NCBI RefSeq assembly: GCF_030684315.1
Contig: NC_081370.1
Coordinates: 28,089,078-28,153,077, forward strand
Direction: 5' to 3'
Length of the DNA: 64,000 nucleotides
DNA from: Stegostoma tigrinum
Taxonomy: Eukaryota
Shown here: positions 27,414 to 40,469 of the stretch, in pieces
Numbering within the stretch: position 1 is the stretch's first letter
Layout of the letters: each line of letters begins with the position of its first letter
Translations under genes and position numbers: made by a program
Notes under the pieces: generated by a model
Seen by the model: the letters and a program-made list of their open reading frames with translations, nothing else
Told to the model about the DNA's origin: nothing
Database searches by the model: none

Positions 27414-27429
27414 TGTTCTTAATTGTTAA

Positions 27430-29130
27430 GGTCGTATGGAAATATTAGATGTAATGATAGTCATCTTCCAAAATTCTAGAGACGCTGGAGCAGATTTTAG
27501 AGACTGAAGAATGGTAAACGTAACCTTTCTTTTAAAAAGGAGTGAAAAAGAGAGAATTACAGACCACTTGTCTTACAGCAGCCGTGGGAAAACACCAAGA
27601 GTCCATTATTAAAGACATGATAACAGAGCATTTGGAACGCATTAATGGGATTAGACAATGCAAGCATGGGTTTATGAAAGGCAAATCATGCCTAAAAAAA
27701 TCTACTGGAGTTTTTTGACAATGTAACTAATAGAATAGAAAAGGGAAAACCAGGGTATGTGTATTTGGATTTTCAGAGGTTTTTGATAAATTTCCTTATA
27801 AGAGGTTAGTGAGCAAAATTAAAGCATATGAGATTGGGGGTAATATTGGGAGCATGGGCTGAGAATTGGTTGACACAGGACACAGAGTGGCAATAAATTG
27901 GTCTTTTCTACATGGTCGGCAGTGACTACTGGGGTACGACAAAGATGAGTAATTGGGCATCAGCTATTCATAACATATATGAATGACCTGGTTGAAAGAA
28001 CCACATGCAATATTTCCAAGTTTGCTGATGACACAAACTGGGTGGAATTGAGATAATAGGAACTGCAGATGCTGGAGAATCCAAGACAACAAGGTGGGGA
28101 GCTGGATGAACACAGCAGGCCAGGCAGCATCTTAGGAGCAGGAAAGCTGACATTTCAGGCCCAGATCCTTCATCAGAAAATCTGAAGGGTTTAGGCCCGA
28201 AATGTCAGCTTTCCTGCTCCTAAGATGCTGCTTGGCCTGCTGTGTTATCCAGCTCCACACCATGTTATTGTAGAATTGAGAGTTTTGACAATGCAGCAAA
28301 GAGGCTACATGGTGATTTAGACAAGTTGAGTGAATGGGTAAACATGTGGCATATTTGTACAACATGGGTAAATGTGAAGTCATACACTTTGGTGTGAAAA
28401 ATAGAAAGGCAAAGTATTATTTACACTGTAATATATTGGTAAAAGTGGATGCACAAAGGGATCTGAGTGTCCTTGTACCGAGTCATTGGAAGGAGACAGG
28501 CAGGTGCAAAAGCAATTAGAAAGGCAAATGATATATTGGCTTTCATTGCAAGAGCATTTAAATTACAAAGTAAGGATGCCTTACTGCATTTGTACAGGAC
28601 CTTGGTGAGACTACACCTGGAGTATTTTGTGCAGCTTTGATCTCTCAACCTAAGAAAGGATACCCTTATCATTGAAGGGAGTGCAGCAAACATTAACTAG
28701 GCTGAAACTGGGGATGGCAAGACTGTTGTATGATGGGAAACCGGTTTGACTGAGCCTGCATTCACCAGAGTTTGGAAGATCTGATTGAAAAGTATAAAAT
28801 TCTAACAGACCTGGGCAGACTAGATGCAGTCAGATTATTTTCCCTGATAGGAAGTGTGAACCAGGGATCACAGTCTTGGGACACGCAGTAGACTGTTTAG
28901 GATTGAAATAAGGAAAAAAATTTCTTTGCTCACAAGGTTGTGAATCTGGAACTTTTTAACCATGGAAGGCTGAGGAGGCCAAGTCAATATATTCAAGAAC
29001 GTTCTTTTTTTACATAAGAGACATTAAAAGCATTTAATGAGAAAGTGGGAACGTAGACTGAGATAGATGCTCAGCATGATTGTAATGAATGGCAGGGTAG
29101 GTTCAAAAACTTCAATGCTCCTGGTTTCTA
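27430..29130 (+). mobile_element. Degenerate CR1 RT to 3' end, interrupted by the mini-PLE at 28053
   Basis: HGFMKGKSCL..LLEFF, ISKFADDTKLGG, NMGKCEVIHFG, LYRTLVRLHLEY. Confidence 0.85.
28053..28269. repeat. Mini fold-back element made of two PLE 3' termini
   Basis: ~90 bp inverted arms meeting at ..CATCAGAAAATCTGAAGG..; TSD GTGGAATTGAGA / GTAGAATTGAGA (28042-28053, 28270-28281). Confidence 0.88.
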
Positions 29131-29952
29131 TATGGTTGCATGTTTATAAGACCAAGAACCATGTGGATGGAACCAGCTCCAGGAAGAATCTCAAAGCTAA
29201 CAAATTTCAAGGTGTGCCTTTTTAATGAAATCTTAATCATTGTTTCAACTTCTCAGGTACATGCTGCAAGTTGGTTTGACATTTAACAAAATTATATATT
29301 GAACGAAATAACCTCCTTAGCAATGTTTATTGTTCCTAACTCATGCTGAATCATGCATATCTCATACCAGTTAAATTATTTCACAGCTGACATGTGAATG
29401 TTACTGCTTGTTTACACTTGTTTTGCTCTACCACCCTTTAATAAAGGAACATAATTTTGGAAATTGTTTTGCATACACATATGAATTGACAATAATTAAC
29501 AAGGTGAGCTACACATTATGGGAAATCTGCAACATTCGGTACATTTATTTCAACTGCTGCACCTATTTTGGTTGATGTTTTGAAATCCATATGTCTCTTT
29601 CGGTTTTCACAGTGTTTGCTAGCCTTTATGCTGTAGCACTGTACTCTGTATTGTCCATAGTTAACACAAACTGGCCCACATTTTTTGGACTTGTACGTAG
29701 CAAACCACTAATTTGGAATGCTATAATCAACCTTGGATTTTTGACTGAATTTGACACATGTTAAAAGTAAACATACACAGTATATTTTAAGGAATTTGTA
29801 ATAGGTCTCATTGCAAACTTTCATTCATTGCTGTTTGGAGAATCTCAACATTAACTAAATTGTAAAAGGTTTAATAATGAGACGCCGGTAGTAGGGCCGT
29901 GTACACCATTTATTATTTAGATATTGATAAACGATATAAATGAAAATAGGCT

Positions 29953-30186
29953 TCAGCGATAGTAGGAACTGCACATGCTGGAGAATCTGAGATGACAAGG
30001 TGTAGAGTTGGATGAACACAGCAGGCCAAGCAGCATCAGAGGTGCAGGAAGGCTGACATTTCGGGTCTGGACCTTTCTTCAGAAATGCAATTCTGAAGAA
30101 GGATCTAGGCCCGAAACATCAGCTTTCCTGCTCCTCTGATGCTGCTTGGCCTACTGTGTTCATCCAACTCTACACCTTGTTATCCC
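29953..30186. repeat. Mini fold-back element made of two PLE 3' termini, in the TMEM9B promoter region
   Basis: ~95 bp inverted arms around ..TTCAGAA-ATGCA-ATTCTGAA..; perfect 18 bp TSD TATAAATGAAAATAGGCT at 29935-29952 and 30187-30204. Confidence 0.92.
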
Positions 30187-30204
30187 TATAAATGAAAATA
30201 GGCT

Positions 30205-30800
30205 CCGATTGCTGAAAACTTATGCGGCGCTGACTCTAATAACAATGCGAACATAAACTGGTGTAAACTAAAACAGCGAAAACTCATTCTTCCTTTTGTC
30301 TCACCTTTAACAATAAAGAAGAGATAAAAATAAAAAAATAGGCAGTACATGTTCTTGAAGACAAAATGCTGTCCGGTCTTCCCTCCTCAGACACACCGAC
30401 GGACTAGGCCTCAGGCATTGATCTCGTACTCGCCAGTCGGTTACCAGGGAAACGCTGTCTCCAGGAGAGGGAGCCCCGACAACGAGGAAGGGAGCGCTGG
30501 GTGGTGAGATGGCGGGCGCTTGTGGCTGTAGTATTGTTCTGTCCCTCTGGTTGCTGCTGTGTCTGCTTGTGCTGGCGAGGAGCGAGGAGAACAAGGTACG
30601 AAGGAATGAGTGAGGAAGCTGACCGCTGATGGATGTACCAGCGGCGCTGAACCGGGAAAATAGTCCTCTGCTGCTAAACGGAGGGTCGGTGGCCTCAGGC
30701 CCAAGTCATCAAGGGTTCATACACAGTGTGAACGGGTGATGAGTGGAGGCGGAACCCACACGTTTGGTCACTAACGGTGCTAGTCTGTGTAATTTACCAT
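30205..30800 (+). promoter_or_regulatory. CpG-enriched promoter / first-exon region of TMEM9B
   Basis: Local rise in CpG and GC content in non-repeat DNA around the ATG at 30509; the TSS cannot be determined from sequence. Confidence 0.7.
30509..30595 (+). CDS. TMEM9B: TMEM9B coding exon 1 (signal peptide MAGACGCSIVLSLWLLLCLLVLARSEENK)
   Basis: ATG in strong Kozak context (GAGATGG), hydrophobic signal peptide, phase-0 donor AAG|GTACGA joining in frame to NFED. Confidence 0.85.
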
Positions 30801-31804
30801 ACTGCTCTGTCTTACTGACAGCTTTGTTTTGCTTTGCTTTCTAAATGCGATCCACCCTAAATACAGCTTCCTTTGAACATTTTGCAGGCTGGGTCACTCA
30901 TCTGACCAGTAATGTCACTGTTGACAACTCTCCAAATTGATCTCTTTTAAATTTATTTCTACTCTTAATCATTTTAAAAAGTAAAGAGGCCTCATTCAAA
31001 GGTATAAATTCTAAGTAGATATTGATCTTTAAGAATCAAATAAAATCATACGTTTGTGGAACTGTTTGTTGGAAAATGATATCCGCTGGCACAGTTGTGG
31101 ATTTCGGCGTTGCATTAATAGTCCCGTAGATTTTAGGAAGTGACGTCCAAATTCAGCAGCAGGAAATCACAAATGGTGATCTGTGACTTGTTTATGAATT
31201 TTATAGCTGAGATGATAACTTTTACGAGTTTATTTGATGGAGTGTTGAAAACTTACTCTGTATAGTTTACAGTTGCATTTTAATATCCTCATTGTGTTAA
31301 CCGCTACTTCCTGGTGAATTAGCATCTTTAAGACAATCCTTTTTTTAATTCTATCTGCCTGTTTTAAAGCTGGGTATTTAAGCGACCCAAATGTAGGAAA
31401 TGTAAATATAATTGATTTGGCTGCTCTTTAATTTTGGATGGGAACCTAACAGTAAAACGTGTTCAACTGGAAAGTAGTTAATTTCACTAAAATGACTGGG
31501 ATTAAGCCTGATTTAATTGTCTAGGAATAAAAAAAGCAGAGTATTGATGAAATATATTTTACCTATATTCTGCCTAAAATTTAAGTGGGGTGCATCCAAC
31601 GCTGGAGTTCTGTGAGAAAGTGTAATCTTTGTGAGTTGATAAATAGAAAATTAATATAGAAAAACTGCCAGTGTAAAGGCAGAGCAACACTGGAGAAGAG
31701 ACAGTATGGAAGAAGTCTACCATGTCAGGTAAGAAGAGATTTCCCAAGTAATTAATGAAAACATGGGAAAAAAATCACTTCGTTACCAAGACATATTTTA
31801 ATAT

Positions 31805-31930
31805 GCAGTTCTAGTGTCCCTACCTATGAGCCTGGAGAGCCAGGTTCAAGTCCTACCTGCTCCAGAGGTGGAGTTCCAGAATTCCAGTCTGCTCAACGTC
31901 TCTGAGCAGGTTGATTAGAAAGTATCTACA
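31805..31930 (+). mobile_element. tRNA-derived SINE fragment (related minus copy ~58105-58175)
   Basis: B-box GGTTCAAGTCC; shared text CTGAGCAGGTTGATTAGAAA versus TTTCTAATCAACCTGTTCAG. Confidence 0.45.
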
Positions 31931-33099
31931 ACCCTGTTTTCTGGATTCAGACAAGTGTTCTGAATTTCTAACTGCTGAAAGACTAAGTTACACCTGGAAT
32001 GAAACATGAAATAAATGTTTTGTATTAAAATGAAAAAAATGGAAGAACTGTTCCTGTTTATCCAACAGTTTAAAATAAAAAGTGATGTAGTTGACACTTG
32101 TTAAAGCTTGTTCTCTCAAGCAGTCCAGTATTTCTTTAAAAAAACCCACAAACTGAAAAATGTTTTAGCATTCTGATTTGTGATTTATTTTTGATGAGTA
32201 AACAAACAAGATTTAAGAATTAAAGATTCTTTTTTTAAAGTGGATTTGATTACCCAAATAGTGTACATCCCATCTACTCTAGGATTTTAAGCAATTGAAA
32301 AAAAAATTATATTTTCATCTTTACACCACAGAACCCTTGTTATGAAAAGCCTTTTAAAACTTGTTGAAGAAGTGAAGAAAGTATTTTGAATGTCATATCG
32401 ATCTTTACATACAAAACTATACAAAAATATAAACAACCTGAATTGTTCATTTCAATATCAAGTTCCTATTGAGCTACATAGAATATTGCTGTGTACAACA
32501 AACGCTTGAAGATTTGTTTAGAAATTGATTTGAAATGAATCTGCCCTTAATTTCATACTGCGCATTAATTTCATTAAAATTTTATTACCATTTCCTGCAC
32601 TGCCTTGAAACAAGATTGAATACATTTAAAAATCAATTCTTGCAGGTATTACATTTGATAATTCTAATAGTGCAATGGTACTGCAAGGCATATAACTTGC
32701 CACTGAAAATTGATTCGTTGCTGTTATTAACGCTTCAACGCCCACACTCAAATCTTTTCACCTTGATTCCATGATTGGATGGTTGCAGACTGATACGATA
32801 TACTTGCTTCCACAGAGGTCTTGTACTTGCCCAAGCTATCTGATGATGATGTAATTGACATGCCATGTCCAAGATATTCATCTGAGGTGTCATGAATTTT
32901 CGTATGCTTCATTCTTTTCGGAGAACAGTGTACAGTGCTTTCTCAGAAATTTAACATTATGGAACCCAATGGGATTCCTGTTCTTCCAGATCATTCATGC
33001 AGCTCTAAAGCTTTTCCACTGTGATGTGAGTTGGAGGAGGATACCCAAATGGCAATGTTACCACTAAATAGCAAAAAAAGTCAACACTTTTTTAAAATG

Positions 33100-33990
33100 A
33101 GGAACGAGGATAGTCTGAGCATGTAATCCTGTTGAACCCTACCAATGTTGCAGATATGGTGCCGGTCAAGCAGGCTGCTTTGTTCTGGATTATGTTCTTA
33201 AGCTTCTTAAATATTAGAGCAAGTGGAGAATATTCCATCACACAGCTTACTTGTGCCTTAGAGATGATGGACAGACATTTGGGAAAGTGTTATTTGCTAC
33301 AATATTCATAGCCTCTCACCTGCTCTTGTAGCCATGCATTTATATGGGTAGTCAAGTTCAGTTTCTGGTCAGTGGTAATCTTCACGTTGTTGATAATGGG
33401 GATTCAGCAATGGTAATGACATTGAATATTCAGGGATGATAGTTGAATTCCCTCTTCTTGGAGGTGGTTGTTGTCTGGTATTTGTTGCATGAATGGTACT
33501 TGCCATTTGTTAGCCCAAATTTGCATATTGTCCCAGGTCTTGCTGCATGAGGACATGGACTGCATCATTATCTGAGAAGATAGGAATGCACTTTTTCACA
33601 AAGAGGGTGGTTCGTGTGTGGAATGAACTGCTGGAGGAAGTGGTAGATGCAAGCACAGTTACAGCATTTAAAAGACATTTGGACAGATATGTGAATAGGA
33701 AAAGTTTTGAGGGAAGTAAGCCAAATGCAGGCAAGTGGGTTTACTTTAGTTTGGTAAACTTAGTTTCGGCATGGATGAGTTGGACAGAAAGGTCTGTTTC
33801 TGTACTGTATGATTCTGTTTATCGTGGGGAGTCGGTGATATTAATGCCACTGAACGTCAAGAGGTGCTGATCAGATCTCTCGCTGGAGATGGTCATTGGT
33901 TGGCACTTGTGCGGTAAGAATGTTACTTGCCATTTATCAGCCCAAGCTGAATATTTTTCAGATTGTCATGGACAGCTTAACTATCTGAAG
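33100..33990 (-). mobile_element. Degenerate LINE (L2/CR1 group) endonuclease-region relics with a plus-strand CR1 3' end at ~33580-33815
   Basis: CR1 piece: HFFTKRVVRVWNELLEEVV..FKRHLDRY. Flanks are two diverged copies of the same LINE segment (~33390-33575 and ~33822-33990). Confidence 0.55.
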
Positions 33991-34216
33991 AGTCATGATG
34001 AAGATAAACAAGCACAGTAATATTTTTCCTTTCACTTCCTAGTTTGTAATTTATCTAGCTAATTTCCGATTTGCTTTATTAGTGTTAGCTTTTGGTTCAA
34101 TGATAAATTTTTAAATTCCTAATTGCAATTAATTTTAAAGACTTGACCGATCAATTATTAATAATTATTTTGCACTTGTTTAGATAGGCACCAAGCAGCT
34201 TTATTTTCTTCATGAG

Positions 34217-36699
34217 AGATAGTAGGAACTGCCGATGCTGGAGTCTGAGGTAACAAGGTATGGAGCAGGATGAACACAGCAGGCCAGGCAGCATTAGGGG
34301 AGCAGGAAAGCTGACGTTCCAGATCTGGACCCTTCTTCAGAATTGAGGGATAGGAAGGGAGCTCTGAAATAAATAGAGAAAGGGGGAGGTAATGATAGAA
34401 GGTGGATAGTAGAGCAGATAGGTGGAGAGAAGACAGACAGGTCAAAGAGGCAGGGATGAAGCCAGTACAGGTGAGTGTAGATAGAGAGTTGGGATGGGGA
34501 TTGGTCAGTGAGGAGGGAGGGATGGGTAAGCGGGAGGGAAGACAAACAGGTCAAGGAGTTGGGGATGAGGCTATTTGGTAGGATGTCGGAGGTGGGAGGA
34601 GTGGATAGGTGGGAGAAAAGACAGACAGGTTAAGGAGGCAGGGATGAGAGGGGGCGCTGGTCTAGGGATGAGGTCGGGGGTGGGGAGATTTTGAAGCTTG
34701 TAAAATCCACATTGAGACCATTGGGCTGCAGGGTTCCCAGGTGGAATATGAGGTGCTGTTCTTCCAGCCTTCGGGTGGCATCGTTGTGGCACTGGAGGAG
34801 GCCCAGGATGGACATGTCATCCAAGCAGATGAGGCAAAGAAATTGGGTAAAGAGGAGAGCATTTTTGCAGGAAGGTGAGTGAGAGGAGGTGTATTCCAGG
34901 TAGTTGTGGGAGTCAGTGGGCTTGAAATAGATATCAGTTTCCAGTCGGTTACCAGAGATGGAGACAGAGAGGTCCAGGAAGGGGAGAGAGGTATCAGAGA
35001 TGGTCCAGGTGAACTTGAGGTTGGGGTGGAAGGTGTTAGTAAAGTGGATGAGCTGTTCGAGCTCCTCGTAGGAGCACAAGGCAACGCCGGCACAGTTATC
35101 GATGTAACGGAGGAAGAGGTGGGGGATAGTGCCAGTGTAGCTGCAGAAGAGGGACTGTTCCACGTATCCTACAAAGAGGCAGGCAAATCTTGGGGCCATG
35201 CGGGTACCCATGGCCACCCCTTCATCTGTAGGATGTGGGAGGAGTTGAAGGAGATGTCGTTAAGAGTAAGGACAAGTTCGGTTAGGCAGATAAGGGTGTT
35301 GGTAGAGGGGGACTGGTGGGCCTGCGGGAGAGGAAGAAGCGGAGAGCTTTTATGCCTGGGGAATGCAGGTGTAAAGGGACTGGACATCCATGGTGAAGAT
35401 GAGGTGTTGAGGGCCAGGGAATCGGAGGTTTTGGAGGAGGTGGAGGCTATGGGTGGTGTCAAGGACGTAGGTGGGGAGTTCCTGGACCCCGGGGGGAGAA
35501 AATGGAGTTGAGATAAGTGGAGATAGGTTTGGTGGGGCAGGAGCAGGCAGAGACAATTCCCAATTCCTTTGCTTCTGCTGCATCTGCTCCCAAGATGAGG
35601 CGTTCCACTCCCAGACATCCCGGATGTCCTCGTTTTTCAAGCACCGCAATTTCCCCTCCACAGTGGTCGAAAACGCCCTCATCCACATCTCGTGTGTCTC
35701 TCACAGCTCAGCCCTCACACCCCTTCCCTGCAATAACAAGACAGAATTCCCCTTGTTGTCACATATCACCCCCATCAACATCTGGATTCACCACATCATT
35801 TTCCACCACCTGCAATCTGACCCCACTACCAAGGATATATTTCCATCTCCACCCTTATCTGCCTTCCAGAGGGACCGCGCTCTCTGTGACTCCCTCGACC
35901 ACTCCACACTCCCCACTAGTGAACCATCCCTGGCACTTTTCCCTGCAACCGCAGGACGTGCAACACCTGCCCCTATACCAACCCCTCACCTCCATCCCTA
36001 GCCCCAAGAAAACCTTCCACACCTAAACAGATGTTCACTTGCACACCTGCTGATGTGGTATATTGTATCCGCTGTTCCTGATGTGGCCTCCTCTACGTCA
36101 GGGAAACCAAGCAGAGGCTTGGAGACCGCTTTGTGGAGCACCTGTGCCCAGTTCGTGACAAACAACCACACCTCCCAGTCGCGAACCACTTCAACTCCCC
36201 CTCCCACTCCTTAAATGACACGTCCATCCGGGGCCGCCTCCAGTGTCATGATGATGCATGAAGGCTGGAGGAACCGCGCCTCATATTCCACCTGGGAACC
36301 CTGCAGCCCAATGGTCTCAACGTGGACTTTACCAGCTTCAAAATCTCCCCACCCCCGACCTCATCCCAAGACCAGCACTGCCTCTTGGCCCTGCCTCCTG
36401 TCTGTCTTTTCTCCCACCTATCCACTCCTCCCACTTGACTGACCAATCTCCATCCCAACTCTCTACCTACACTCACCTGTACTAGCTTCAGCCCTGCCTC
36501 CTTGACCTGTCTGTCTTCTCTCCACCTTTCTGCTCTACTATCCACCTTCTATCATCGCCTCCCCCTCTCCCTATTTATTTCAGAGCCCCCTTCCCCTCCC
36601 CCATTTCTGAAGATGGGTCCAGACCCGAAACGTCAGCTTTCCTGCTCCTCTGATGCTGCCTGGCGACCTGTGTTCATCCAGTTCCACACCTTGTTATCT
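34217..36699. mobile_element. PLE family A, largest inverted copy, with RT core
   Basis: Minus arm: IFTMDVQSLYTCIP, AMGTRMAP, LRYIDN (YIDD site), LPFLDL, YFKPTDSH. Plus arm 35557-36699: linker, GIY-YIG and 3' end. TSD CTTTATTTTC(T/C)TCATG at 34199-34214 and 36700-36715. Confidence 0.94.
36607..36634 (+). ncRNA. Minimal hammerhead-ribozyme-like motif
   Basis: CTGAAGA-T-GGGTC-CA-GACCC-GAAA-C-GTC. Confidence 0.65.
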
Positions 36700-39600
36700 C
36701 TTTATTTTCCTCATGCCTTTCTGCATTGTGCAACAGGTATAGAGCTGATAATGATTGAAAAAAAACAGAATGTTTCGGAAAATGTTGCTGTCTGTAGTTT
36801 TTTTCCCCTTGTCTCATTGGTGCCTCAGAATCTGAGGAGTTTAACAATTTACTGGGAATTTATTACTGAGGTTGTAAGAATATAATTAAGTGATCTGATT
36901 GCATAGCACCCTTTTCTGAACAGACAGACGGTATTGTGTATGGCATGCATTAACTTCAGATTGAATTCCAAATTGGTTGTTTGCACCCTGTGTTTATCCA
37001 GTCTGTCCACCTGAAATAGGCATTTGACTCATTGACTCTTCTGTCTTTGAAGTTGAAATTCATCTTTTGCTTCTCTCATTCTATCTCAAATCACTTCATT
37101 TGTAGCTGAATTCTATTCAGCTTGAACTGTGTTCTACTCGAGGTAGACACCTTTTCTTACAATTTCAGACATGGTGTTCTTACTTGAAATATATTTGCTT
37201 TCTTAGTCATAGCTTTTAGTTCTACGTCCAATTTTTTTTACTAATAGCATGGCCTCAGAAAATGTTTGCAAGTCATTCGGATAAATCTTCGCTTTCCAGA
37301 AAAATCATAGCAACTAAGAGCCATTTTGATTTTCAATATGTATCGTAGAATTCACCATGGAAATCATGAATCAGCCTCAATGTCAGTAAGTCACAGTATT
37401 CATATTTGTTTGTGGATTTTAAATTCTATAAGAATTCCCAAATTAGGTAATGATCCCAGACTCGGCCTCCAAATTGTGTTACAATTCAAGGTGAGCCCCC
37501 AAATTATGTTATGATCTCAGACCTGATTACAGACTTTATGATCTAAGACAGATACCCAAATTATGTTGTTACAGTCTGGTCAGAGACCTTTTATGTTTAA
37601 AGGGAGATGCAAGTTGAGATACTAGGAACTTTTTAAGAGAATAGACCCACATCGTCTGAACAACCAACAATACATTTAGTATTCAAGTTAGAACAATAAT
37701 GTAACCTACAGTACCTCTGAAACTCACTTAAATTTATTTATTTAGCTCAGAATTAACATGGGTAATGTACTGAAATTGAACACCTCAACATGCATAAATT
37801 AGAAAATATGGTGGTCAGTAAAGAAACTCAGCAACTCCCCCAGATGTCAATGATACAGAAGGTATTTCGGTAAACTTCACAAGAGATTAGAATTCCTCAC
37901 TTGCCAATCTGGCCTTGAAACTCTGTCTCAAACCAATCAGTCAAAGGTAGCCTCAACAACTCCTGTTCTGACTGATTACATTCCTTTCCTGGGTCTATGC
38001 TCCCTCAGAGTCCACAGACTACACTTCAGTACCTATTCAAAGTCACAACTCCAACATTTTGCTGACTGCTTACTTAACCAAATTAGATATATGTCCTACT
38101 GTGTTAACCAGGCTGCACTGCAACGTCTACTTATAGGCGCGACCGTTTTCTGAGCTATAATCTTGCTGGGGTGTATGAAACAAATACTGCTGCGGTTTTT
38201 CAACTCCCACTCTTGGTCATATTATCAGTGGCACCCTGCTTTTTCTATGCCATCTCAATTTCCAGTCTTTTCTTTTGCCCTAACTGTAGCACAACTGTAT
38301 AATAACTCCTAGAATGCAGCCTGAGTTCTAACAGCACTGAGATATCTAACTGCTCTTGGAACTTAATTCACGGTGTCCTTTACGTGGAACCCACATGATT
38401 CAAATGCTTCATATACAATTCAGCTAAAAATCAACAATTCTGATATCAAGCCCATCCTCTGACTCCATAACATATTACTCACCTTTGTCCACTGATTTAT
38501 CTTTTTATAGCTATTCAGTTACCCCTGAAATGATCCGAGTGACCTGTTGGAAACCTTGCAACAATCCCTTCCCCTGTTGCTGATCTGAATTGAATGTTGG
38601 TACCTCGCAATTTTTGGAACTTCCTGTTCCATAAATATTATCCGTCATCGACAGCTGGTTTACTCAGTCCAAAAAAAAGATATAACTAGAGCATTTCATT
38701 ACAATCCCTAAGTGAAACTCCAATTCCACATCCCTTCTACATCACAAAAAGTACTTGTTTCCGCACCTGTAACGTTATCCATTTCAGTCTGTCTCCTGCT
38801 AAGATTCTCATTCAGACCTTTGACAACTCCAAATTCAAGTATTCTTGTGGTCTCCTGGTCAGCCCTGTCTTCGCCCTTCTTAAATTGCAGACTTTATCTT
38901 AACCTATAATAATAATTCTCACCTATCAAGTTCTGATGACTCACTAAAATTGGAATTCTGCGAGATAATGCATTCACGTCTCACTCATGTATTTTAATCG
39001 TTTCAGCCTTTGTAATATCCTCTAAATGAACTGTAACAAAAAAAATCAGGCCTGCAAAGAAGTGAATGTTTGTGTACAAAATGGACAAACTTCCATGAGG
39101 AGGAAAGAAATGGCCTCTAAATCTAGAACGAGATAGATGACTTAAGGGGTAGCAATTAAAAAGAAACAGAAAAATAGGCATATGATCAATATTCTTAATA
39201 CAGCAGAGAATCAGACTGCATTTTAAAAAAAAGTGCAGCAGAAAACTTAAAAATGAGAGAATTGGAGTTAGTATCTGAGAACAGATAGATAGACAGGTAA
39301 CCTGAAAAGGAAATCCTGGGGTTTCATGAAAATGTAAATAGTAAAACTACAATTGATTAGGGACTAAAGTGGTGATTTTTAAAATATAGTTAAAAAGAGG
39401 CCCTGACTGAGGAATGAAATTAGATCTTTGCAGTGTTTTCACCTTAAAAAGGATGCTGCAAGTATCTAAGTAAGGTGGTTGTGAAGAAATAGGATAGGAT
39501 ACAAGTAGAGAGCAACAATCCACAGAAAAGTCACACAGCTGAGGAATGTGTGAGGGAAGCGAGGGTGAACATCAAACAGCCTGCATCCACCATCTTCCAA

Positions 39601-39766
39601 TCATCTTAATAATGGAGATGGTTCCAGTGATATGAAAAATTTAAAATGGAGTCTTAATTTCCATTTGATACTTGAGGAACAGAAACTGCAAGGCTATCTA
39701 GTTTGAAACCAGTGGGAGAGATTACATGTCTTGTTCCAAAAGAAAGTATCCAGCAGAGTCATTTGG

Positions 39767-40385
39767 GTGTATTGCAAAGGTAACCAGACCAAGGCCTCCA
39801 CAATCAAGAGATTGTAAATGAAAGTTTAATTCCTGAGAATAGCTGCAGCTGAGGAAGGTACTCTGTATGACCAGCTTGTGGGGTTCCTAGAGAAGTAACA
39901 ACCACTGTCAAATGTCTTTCTGCTGAAGGTAAATAGGGGTCCGTTCAGTTATAGGACCCTTGTAGCAGCTCAAATGTATGTAAGTTTGGTATTGTATGTG
40001 TAAGGGAGGTCTTTGGTCTTTTGAATAGAGTCAAACTACAGTGTTTCATTTTGTTTCTTTGAGGCACAGAACCAAACTGCATTTGTGACTGTATACATAC
40101 ATTATTCATAATAAATATCTTTGTATATTTTTGAAACAAAAAAATGTAAAATGAAAGATTGATGTGACTTAAGAGAATTCTTGGGTACTTAAGAAATAAA
40201 CCTGACTGCATAAAAATATGGCTTACATCCGAGTATGTAAAGTTAATGCTCATTCTATTTCTTCGCTACATGGTTAAGTTTGATTTGTTTACCACATGAA
40301 ATCTAGTGGCATAGATCTCTTGGTTTAAAAGGATTGTTCGGTTTTGTTTTTAAAAATATTAGTGATTTCTAATGGGATCGTAACA
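39767..40385 (+). repeat. Possible solo LTR
   Basis: TG start, internal AATAAA, and ..GGGATCGTAACA end typical of Gypsy-type LTRs; no TSD seen. Confidence 0.35.
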
Positions 40386-40469
40386 CTTTCTAAAGGGAAT
40401 TGAAGAAACACTCAAAAAAGAAAAGTTTACAGGCCCATGAGGAAAGAGTAGGGAATGAGGCTATTGCTA

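Noticed and set aside
1-29900. Expected syntenic neighbour NRIP3 or another upstream coding gene
   Set aside because: I found no exon matching the NRIP3 protein as I recall it; small or diverged exons could have been missed by eye.
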